Source: Octopus sinensis (Eukaryota). From it: a DNA stretch of 64,000 bases. The notes below the pieces were generated by a model. The model did no database searches. It was not told the origin of the DNA and worked only from the letters and a program-made list of their open reading frames with translations. The stretch covers positions 23,188,001-23,252,000 of the forward strand of contig NC_043017.1 of assembly GCF_006345805.1 (NCBI RefSeq). Direction: 5' to 3'. Below are positions 54,756-64,000 of the stretch, in pieces (positions within the stretch are counted from its first letter, which is position 1; every line of letters begins with the position of its first letter). Position numbers and translations under genes: made by a program.

Positions 54756-54940
54756 GTGTTTACAAACACTCTACGTAGCCCGCACTGATTATAGACATTA
54801 CATAGTTGGCGCCGTGTTTATAAACACACCACATGGCTGGTGCTCTGTTTATAAACACACCACATGGCATCTACTGTGTTCACAAATGTACCACATTGTT
54901 TACTATCAGACACACTTCATGGTTGGCCTTGTTTATAAAT
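54756..54940. promoter_or_regulatory. Cluster of palindromic forkhead-like TGTTTA(T/C)AAACA motifs, partly in 31-bp phase
   Basis: GTGTTTACAAACAC 54756, GTGTTTATAAACAC 54814, TGTTTATAAACA 54846, variants at 54877, 54897, 54930. Confidence 0.4.
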
Positions 54941-56046
54941 AGACGCAACGTAGTAGTCACCATGTTTCCAGACATGCCACATAATAAATAGTTGGCAGTT
55001 TTTAAACATAGACATAAATTATTTATAAAAGGGCCGCCGTGGATTATTATTGATTTTCCATTATGTTTGCGATGGCATAAGGTTCGGGACTGCTGTTCTA
55101 AATTATGTGGAATTTGTCTTCGAAAACGTAATTGACGTGTCTTCTAAGATATTTAAACTCCCAACGAAGACATCAGTGAATTGTCCGCAATGACATCTGA
55201 CTTATCTACTAAAACATCAAACTTTCAACTAAACATTCATGGATTGTTTTCATAGAAACTAGTACGTTGTCAACGATGATATCTGTGTGTGGTGTTCGGT
55301 GGCGACTCGTGTATATGAACTGTGGAACTGTAGCACCCCCTGTTTCCACTCGATATTATCGATAACATTCAATATAATGAGTCCTTTCTTTTTTAATTCT
55401 TTCTTTATACTTGTACATTATATAATCCTTAAGCTTAATGTCAGTAGCCATCCCCTAGTTTATGAAAAAAATACAAAACTCCTTGTATAGAACTGTACAC
55501 TTCACAGTCCCAGCGACGCGGTGTTTGGCTGTTGTGCACATGCTCACATGTCCGAGATAGGAAGCTTCACACAAGGAGAGAGAGAGCACTGCGTGAACGA
55601 CAGTGCCGGGTGAAAGGTAGTGTTTCGTTTTGACTCCCCGTGTGTTGTGCTTAAAACGTGTTTATATTCTTGAATGTGATAAAATGTAGAATTCGATTAT
55701 TATCCTGCTTCCAGCTTCAGTGTTGCTGTCAGGATTTGAAAAATAGGGCACACTTACCCACCCCCTTATTTTTTGATTGAGGGGAGGGGAATTTTTGAAA
55801 AATAAGGGGGAATTCGCGGGTATTGAAAAACAAGGGGGAATTCAGTGAACAAATTAAACACATTACCCGGCAGTGGTTAAAACGCGAACTGATCAAGTTT
55901 ATGTATAAATATTCTTTTTATATGTTTATTTCCTTTTTACACAATATTAAAACAACGGCTAAACATTTTCTGAAGCAGCACCCCGACTTATTTTGTCTAC
56001 GAGCCGCCTTTGGTTGTGTCTAAAGATATCTACAACGTGTTTACAA

Positions 56047-56206
56047 AGCGCAGGCGTCGTTGTGTGGTAAGAAGCTTGCTTCACGACCATATGGCTCAGG
56101 ATTCAGTCCTACTGCGAGGAATCTTGGGCAAGTGTCTTCAACTATAACTATGAGCCGACCAAAGCCTTGTGAGTAGATTTGGTAAACAAAAACTGAAAGA
56201 AGCCCA

Positions 56207-56266
<60 letters not shown>

Positions 56267-56411
56267 TGTGTGCGTGTGTGTCTGTGTTTGAGCCCTACCA
56301 CCACTTGACAACCGGTGCTGGTGGTTCGGCAAAAAAGATCAATAAAATAAGTCCCATACTAAAAAAAAAACAATTTAAAAAAATAAGTGCTGGGGTCGAT
56401 TCATTCGACTT
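56047..56411 (+). mobile_element. SINE family B, diverged
   Basis: Reverse-complement homology to the 10544 and 46452 copies, incl. CTTGGGCAAGTGTCTTC and GAAAGAAGCCC. Confidence 0.82.
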
Positions 56412-56999
56412 TAAAAAATGCATGAGAACTCAGCAAAATCGCCTGTGAAATGTCTCTCAAGGTATCTTTGAAATGTCGATTAAAACATTTAGGAATTATT
56501 TGGGAAATCTGTAATCTTTGTACCGAAAACGTCCGTGAAAGAGCCATGAAGATATATATTTCCTGTCAACCATTTCGTATATAAATCCATCTACATAAGA
56601 TGTTCGATTCCTGACTAGCAAGACATCCTTATCCGTCAGCCAACACTTTTGTGAGATGTTGACAAAGATAATCCCTAATCTCTTCAGCAAAATTATAACG
56701 ATCTGTTCGCTATGACCCTAGTAATTCGCGTACAAAGACACTTATGAACTTCTATCAATTGTTTACTAAGACATTATTCGAAAATAAACTTCAAATATGA
56801 TAATTAAAAAAATTTTTTTTTTTTGCTCTGATGTAAGTTAAAGAATTTTCAAGACAACTAATAAAATCTAATATTTATTTTATCGACCATGGAAGACGAA
56901 AAGTGAAATTGAAAATAAATACGAAACTAAGTACTTCATAGTCCAGCATTCTACATGTACCACTATATTAGTTTCCAAATTTGGAAAAAGGCCTCGGCG

Positions 57000-57174
57000 G
57001 GGAATAAGTCAATTACGTCGATCCAAGTGCTCAACTATTACTTATTTAATGGACCCCAAAAGGGTTAAAGGCAAAGTTGACGTTGGCTGAATTTGAACTC
57101 AGAACGTAATGACCAACGAAATGTCGCTAAGCATTTTGCCCGGCGTGCTAACGATTGTGCTAGCTCGCCGCCTT
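57000..57174 (-). mobile_element. SINE family A, diverged
   Basis: Reverse complement begins AAGGCGGCGAGCTAGCAC. Confidence 0.8.
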
Positions 57175-58261
57175 ATCTGGGACACTATATTGTTCTTGTG
57201 AAATAAAAATCGAATCGATTACATGAGTTTTCACAATCACGTATGTTATTTGATGCGGAGTTGGAGGGCAGCACTGATGAATTACGGAGTGAGGGAAATC
57301 AGACAGTTGCGCAGTCCATGCATTTTAAAATTTATTAGCGGCGAACGTTCGTTGAGTTAAATAATTACCAGCGGTAAGCAAAATTATGTCTCCAACTGGA
57401 ATTGTGCTTACAGAAACAAAAGTAAACATCTGAAAGAACATCAAATTATATTAATGCTAGAATGATATTTAAGTAGGGAAGCGGATATTAAGTAGATGTC
57501 TCTAAGGATCTATATATACATACCCCACTTCAGTTCAGTAAACAATCAATGAGACATCAAGAAAGACTTTGATAAATATGGCATATATCTAATAACTAAA
57601 TTTTCGAGTATATAACAATGAGGATCAAAGGATCTCTAGCCTTTGATGTTTACAAAGCAGGATGGCACGACTTTGTGCACAAATCAGACCAACCATTACC
57701 TCACTCTATGTGCTTTACTATCTTGTTCGCTCTGTGCTCCTGAATTTCGCTAGTTTCTTGCTCTTTATTTCTGCTGACTTCTCATTTACTGGTTGCCAAG
57801 TCTCTAATTTCGCTTGTTCATTACTCTTCAACATTGCTCTTCAATACTGCTCTTCCTCTACCCGCTTCTTTCTTTTTGTATTACTTTATTTTTCATCTAG
57901 CAAGCTAGTCGCCTTCCAATTTCGCTCATTTCTTGCTTTCCTGGTTTCTAGCTCTTCTAGGCTGCGTTCTCTCTTCTCCTGTCTGGAACTCACTTCGATC
58001 TCGAATAACTCTCTCCCTCTCTCTCTCTCTCTCTCTCTTATATATATATATATATATAAAAAATTTAAGTTTAAATTTTGTATGTAAAAAGTATTTTAAT
58101 CTTCGGATTTTTTTGATATGCTAGGCCACAGGTTTTAATTGATTAACATCAATTTCTACCCTTATTCAATTTTATCCGGTCTTTCAAAATGTGACCGCGT
58201 GTGTACCGTTGGCGATTTTTTTTCCTCTGTCTTCCCTTCTCTGGATCTTTCCTTCTCCTAT

Positions 58262-58296
58262 GTTTCCGACGAAGAGCTCCGCTCGAAACGTTAAAC
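58262..58296 (+). ncRNA. Minimal type-I hammerhead ribozyme motif 1 (core CCGACGA)
   Basis: GUUU-CCGACGA-A-GAGC(UCC)GCUC-GAAAC-GUU-AAAC. Confidence 0.6.
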
Positions 58297-58389
58297 CCTC
58301 CTTCTTTCCTTCTTTACTGAGCGTCCAATAATACTATATTTGTTCCACGTCCTCGCGTTGTTGTGTTTTTCTGTGATTTTCTCTGTGTA

Positions 58390-58427
58390 TCTTTCTGTTG
58401 AAGAGCGTAGGCTCGAAACGTTAAAGA
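58390..58427 (+). ncRNA. Minimal type-I hammerhead ribozyme motif 2 (core CUGUUGA)
   Basis: UCUUU-CUGUUGA-A-GAGC(GUAG)GCUC-GAAAC-GUU-AAAGA. Confidence 0.65.
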
Positions 58428-58525
58428 CTTGTTTTATTTATATTTCCTGAGCGCCATACTAATACAATTGTTTGTTTGTTTCCCACCTGCCTTCGTCTTT
58501 TGTCTATTTTCATAAAGCTTCCCGT

Positions 58526-58565
<40 letters not shown>

Positions 58566-59330
58566 TATTCTATTGAATTTTGCCTTCACACCCTGTGGTT
58601 TACTGAAATATTAAATGAATCAATAAATGTTCAGTTCAGCTTCAGTGACGCGATATGAATTCCGGACGCTTATGTTGCTCGGGTAAAACACTACCGAACT
58701 ATAAGACCAAAACTAACGAAACTTATGCGAAGCTCTTTTGTCCCATACCTGATACTCTTTTCCTCCACCATCATGTATTTTGAGCTCCATCTAAACGTTA
58801 TTTTGCTTTCTTGTATCTTATTGTCCATACTCTTTGATGTTCTTTCATCCATCAACTTACTCATCACGAGCTCCTTGTAATCCAATAAGGAATGTTCTTT
58901 ACTACCTAATTGTATGAACTGCTGTTTCATGTCAAATCGAATCCTACTCTCTTTTTGTTCTCCGGTCACGCTCTTTCCTTACTCACAAGTCATGCTTTAT
59001 TTTAACTCTTTCAATAGCACTCTTCACTTGCTCTTTTCTTTTTAATCAAACTTGTTATTATAATCTCTGTGACTGATTTTCTCCAGTTGTTACCACGATC
59101 TTCAATAGTTCAAAACATTTTCTTTCTATCCCTTTAGGCTCTTTCATCATAAATTCTGCTCCCTAATTGTTCTCGAATCATGATCTTTTGTACATTCACT
59201 AATATATTCATTGACACACTCACTTATCCATCTAGTCATCTGTTCATAATTCATTCACTCATGCATCCATGCATCAACCCATACATACATACATACATAC
59301 ATACATACATACATACATACATACATACAT

Positions 59331-59562
59331 AAGGCGGCGAGCCGGCAGAAACGTTAGCACGCCGGGCGAAATGCGTAGCCGTATTTCGTCTGCCGTTACG
59401 TTCTGGGTTCAAATTCCGCCGAGGTCGACTTTGCCTATCATCCTTTCGGGGTCAATAAATTAAGTACCAGTTACTCACTGGGGTCGATGTGATCGACTTA
59501 ATCCGTTTGTCTGTCCTTGTTTGTCCCCTCTGTGTTTAGCCCTTTGTGGGTAGTAAAGAAAT
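59331..59562 (+). mobile_element. SINE family A, full length, inserted in (ACAT)n
   Basis: Near-identical to the 42331 copy; (ACAT)n on both flanks. Confidence 0.92.
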
Positions 59563-60444
59563 ACATTACATACATACATACATACGAACATACATACATA
59601 CATACGAACGAACTTACATACGAACGAACGTTCGTATCATCATACATTTGATAGCAATGGTGCAGGCAACTGAAGAGACCCAGTATGTCTAAACAGCATT
59701 TAATTCACATATTAAACTATAGTAATGACTGTCTATTGAGTATTGTGCCCTATTAGTGATTAAATAGTTCGTTTATATAGACTAAAATAAACTGCTTACG
59801 TCCATGCGCATCTGTTTAGATAGTGTGTGCATGTGTGCGTGTAGGTGTGTGTATATACGTATAAATATGTGAGGATGCATGTATGGTGTGTGCATCTGTA
59901 TGTATCAGGCCACTCATAATGCAACTGGTAACATGTAATTCTGTACAACCAGCTGCAAGGTCGAGGCGTCAGCAACTAAACCGACAACCCTAGCAAGCCT
60001 ACGCGGTAAGGAAGATGATTTTCGTTCGACACAGGACGAAAAAGAAAACTTGTCAAAGTGCGGATGAATTCAAGTGGAGTCAACAGCAATCCAGCAGCTG
60101 GGTGGCTGGATAGCCTTTGAGTAAGAGAGTCCTAGTCTTTGTTGAGACATCTCTGTAGGAAAAGGTAAACTCTAATGTCTCACGTGCTATTTCCTGTTTC
60201 CAGTGATATAGTCTTTTTTTTTTTTTTTGCTTTTTTGGAGGGGAGGTCTTTTTATTTATTTTTTATTATTCTTTTTTTTGGTTGGGTGGCAAATGTATAT
60301 ATGGAGTTTTCAGTATTATTTTCATCATCTATGCTAAATACCGCATGCATATGTACACATACACACACATGTATGTATGTATGTATGTATGTATGTATGT
60401 ATGTATGTATGTATGTATGTATGTATGCATGTATGTATAAAATA

Positions 60445-60645
60445 TGCTGGCAAAATCGCTAGCACACCAGACAAAATGCTTAAAGGTATGTTGTCTGTCT
60501 TCACGTTCAGGGTTCATATTTCGCTGAGGTCGATTTTGCCTTTCATCCTTTCGAGGTCGATGAAACAAGTACCAGTTGAGTGCTGGGGGGTGGATGTAAT
60601 CGACTTGTCTACCCCACTTAAAATTGCGGGTTTTTGCCAAAATTA
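60445..60645 (+). mobile_element. SINE family A, diverged
   Basis: Central domain GAGGTCGATTTTGCCTTTCATCCTTTCGAGGTCGAT. Confidence 0.78.
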
Positions 60646-61750
60646 GGAAGAACAATTTTATCTAATAATTGCAAATAGACTTTTCCTTTCACTCTTTCAG
60701 GATCGATAAAATAATTACCACTTAAAAATTCATGTCGATGTAATCAACTTACCCACTCCCTTAAAATTACTGGTCTTGTGCCAAAATTTGAAACCATTAT
60801 TTTATTTAATATATTAATTTTAATTTTAATTCAATGCAAGAGATTTTCTCCAGCATTAATTTAACTGTAATAATGCCACACTTGTGTGATTATGATGAAG
60901 GTCTATTACTTTCATAATTACCTTTTCTAAGTCTCGCAACGTGTCTCATTAAATATTCTGAAGAAATAAAACGTCTTAATATGTAACCACTTAACTGAAC
61001 AACCTTCACTCGATGAGAACTATAGAAAATTGTAATATCAAAGAAGAATAAGAATCGCTGCAAAGTGAAAATCCATTGAGACAAGCTAACACCTCATCAA
61101 TGTCACTTGATACTGGAATTCCACAACAAAGTGATGTAAGGCATTGGTATGATATTGGATATCGGTTATGCAAAAGCCAGACGAAATAAAGATAATTGAC
61201 AAAAGCGAATGAATGTATTCATGCTAAACTGTGCAATGCTGTTCATAATAAATAACCCTGTCTGGAATGTGTAATACAAGAAGGATTGATTGAATATTTA
61301 TTGTAATGCTGAATACACTCCATTTTTATGGCTCTGTTTAATGTAATGGTTTGGGATGAAGATTCAACTTTAGTATGTCATGAGGCAAATTTAAATTGCA
61401 CTGATTATCGCTAATCTTACAATTAATTATGGCTAATTATACACATACATTCACAGATATACATCATTCTATATGTTTCTATGTATGTATATGGATATGT
61501 TCTCTCCTTCTTATTATATATAATTTTATTCTTTTACTTGTTTCAGTCTACTGCGGCCATACTGGGGCACCACCTTGAAGAAATTTAGTTGAATGAATCA
61601 ACCTCAGTACTTTTTTTTTTAAAGCCTGGTACTTAATTCTATCGGTCTGCTAAGGTACGGGGACGTAAACAAACCAACACCGGTTGTCAAGTTGTGTTGG
61701 TTCCTATCTCCTCAACTTTATTTTATTTTATACCTATATTTTATTTCTGT

Positions 61751-62168
61751 CTCTTCAATACGGTCCTACCAAGGTATGGAGAGTTGTGACAGAACTGCTT
61801 GTTCAGGTACTTCCGTGATCAGCACCATATATGGCCTTGGGTATTAGAGACGATAATTACTAGGTCGGCATGGAGATGCTATCTTCACATCAGCCTTGAC
61901 AAAAGAGATAGTTTTCAATGTAGGGTTGAGGGCCTGTCATAGCTAATATCACTGCAGACAGTGTCTGCTTTGACTCTCAAGACCAAGTCATGCCTCCCGT
62001 TGTAGGGCCTTTTTCTCGAGGCTTTTGGTCAGTTACAGATGGTGTGCTACAACGTTTCTCTCGTCAGACACAAGGTCAAGCTAGTATCTCCACATTTCCC
62101 CAGCAGAACCACTTGGATCGGCTCGGTTGAACATCATACAGTGAAACAGGAATTTTATCCGGTGAGGC
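61751..62168 (-). mobile_element. HERO-like non-LTR retrotransposon relic (CCHC finger plus restriction-like endonuclease)
   Basis: LYDVQPSRSKWFCWG..A*PCV / RETL*HTICN*PKA..PYNGRHDLVLRVKAD / ISFVKA / RPYMVLITE..VLSQLSIPW*DRIEE match the YDVLPSP-CCHC-RHD-RPD-ELTVPWE motif order of RLE-type elements. Confidence 0.8.
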
Positions 62169-62169
62169 T

Positions 62170-62180
62170 ATATACATACA

Positions 62181-62211
<31 letters not shown>

Positions 62212-62501
62212 GTCTGTGTGTATATATAATATATATACATATATACATATACATACGTATATATACATACATATACATATATGCATAGATACATACATAT
62301 ATATGTACATGTACAAATATAAATATATATATGTATATATGCATATATATTATATATTATACATACATATGTATGTGTGTATATATAATATATAATATAT
62401 ATACATATATACATATACAAACATATACATATATGCATAGATACATACATATATATGTATATGTATGAATATAAATATATATATATATATGTATATATGC
62501 A

Positions 62502-62532
<31 letters not shown>

Positions 62533-62549
62533 CATAAGCACACACACAA

Positions 62550-62592
<43 letters not shown>

Positions 62593-62700
62593 TAGATACA
62601 AACATCCATCCATCCATCCATCCATACATACATACATACATACATACATACATACATACATGCATGCATGCATGCATATATTTATCTAAATACATATGCA

Positions 62701-62740
<40 letters not shown>
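62170..62740. repeat. Compound (CATA)/(TA)/(CATC)/(CA) microsatellite with an about 152-bp internal duplication
   Basis: ATGCATAGATAC recurs at 62281 and 62433 with matching context. Confidence 0.9.
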
Positions 62741-62744
<4 letters not shown>

Positions 62745-63639
62745 ATTATTTTTTAATGTAAGGCGCTTGTCCATGCGGGTACGCAATTTACAGTGGCATT
62801 GCATCAACATTATATTTCAGCAGAGATACTTTAAAACGCGTGCAAGCCAAGATTTATATCACATATGAATATTTATCGAGAAGCCATACATATTTGTCAT
62901 GCTTGCAGTTGTTTGTAACGTCTATCCAGCTGCAGAGTTATGCATACTTTCACACGCATTGGAATGTTTAGCACCGGTCGTCTGTTGCGTATTGATGAAA
63001 CTATTCCTGATGTGACCATATCCCTCTCTCACCCTTTTTCTCTCTCCCTATTTGTCTCGCGTTCTGTAGCCCTTATCCTCTTTGCTCCTTCGCTTGTTCA
63101 TACATGCAAACGCGCGCGCGCGCAAACACTTATGCACATACACATTCTTGGCATGACTATCTATCTTTCTCTCGCCCCATTTCTCTCTCTTTCGCTCACA
63201 CGTATCATACTCACTGAATCTTTTATTGTTGATGTAGTGAATGAGAGTTGGCACACCGAGTGTGCATGAGAGAGAAAGAGAAAGTGTGGGTTAGAGAGAG
63301 AGAGAGAAAGAGAGACATAGACAGACAGACACAGACAGATACAGACAGATAGACACAGACAGACAGAAAAGAGAAGAGAAATAAAAAGAAAAATAGAATG
63401 AATGAATGAATGAATGAATGAATGAATGAATGAACGAACGAACGAATGAAGAGAAAGTGAAATAGTGAGTCTGTGTGTGGGGAGGGAGAAGATAGAGATA
63501 ACGTAAAAGAAAAAGGTGAAAAGTTGAACGTAAAGAGAAAGAGAGAGAAGTAAGCACATGAGATATTAAAAAGGAAAACGAAAATGAAAGTGATAATATA
63601 TAATAAACAGATAAGGAAAATCGTACGGAAGTGGCTTTG

Positions 63640-64000
63640 GCGATAGTAATACGGACTACGGTGGCGGTAGTGTAGGGGTTGCTGATGCTGAAGGTGGTGA
63701 CTGCGGTGGTGGTGGAGTGCTGGGAGTTTTGCTAATAGTAATGATGATAGTTGTGGTGGGGATGATAATGTTGGTAGAAGTGGTGATAGTGATGATGGTG
63801 GTGATGATAATGTTGGTAGAAGTGGTGGTGGTGGTGGTGGTGGTGGTGGTGGTTGTGGTGATGTGGGTAATGATTATGATGGTAATGTTGATAAAGAGAT
63901 GGTAGTTATAGTAGAGGCTATTTTTTTTCTATTGACGCTGATGATGATGGTGGTGATGGTAGTAGTGGTTGAGGTGGTTGTGGTGGTTGTAGAGGTTGTG
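63640..64000. repeat. (GGT)/(GAT)-rich low-complexity tract
   Basis: Directly visible. Confidence 0.88.

Larger units (their letters stand above)
58060..58526 (+). mobile_element. Penelope-like terminal repeat / retrozyme-like element with two diverged 130-nt units
   Basis: Two hammerhead motifs and two CTGAGCG..TAATAC blocks (58317, 58447), both spaced 130 nt; flanked by (TA)n; second unit homologous to 25393-25530. Confidence 0.7.
57660..59200 (-). mobile_element. Highly decayed RTE-type LINE ORF2 relic, interrupted by the Penelope-like unit
   Basis: EYISECTKDH..., GNNWRKSVTEIIITSLIKKKRASEEC resembles the RTE pre-RT block (GEWP.DF..SIII..PKK..A.EC); purine-rich sense strand on both sides of 58060-58526. 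Confidence 0.45.

Overview
Eukaryotic, AT-rich, repeat-dominated genomic DNA. The SINE families, CR1/RTE/Penelope relics and very abundant (TATG)n/(CA)n/(GAT)n microsatellites look like an octopus (coleoid cephalopod) genome; this is recognition, not a database result. Almost every long ORF in the track is a translated microsatellite and is not a gene. Supportable features: at least three tRNA-derived SINE families (several copies with exact target-site duplications); a Buster-type hAT MITE (8-bp TSD) and a decayed Buster/SPIN-type hAT transposase; a Tc1/mariner MITE and a mariner relic; CR1-like, RTE-like, Penelope-like and HERO-like (restriction-like endonuclease) retroelement relics. No intact, nameable protein-coding gene is visible. 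Most interesting signals: (i) three minimal type-I hammerhead-ribozyme motifs with non-canonical cores, two in a diverged 130-nt tandem; (ii) a repeat-poor minus-strand block at 13-17 kb with interrupted frames weakly and co-linearly resembling an ionotropic-glutamate-receptor amino-terminal domain; (iii) candidate promoters (E-box/CLEAR with splice donor, E2F/CHR, phased forkhead palindromes); (iv) fold-back repeat structures that could be ADAR substrates. All protein-family calls are by-eye motif comparisons and need HMM/BLAST confirmation.
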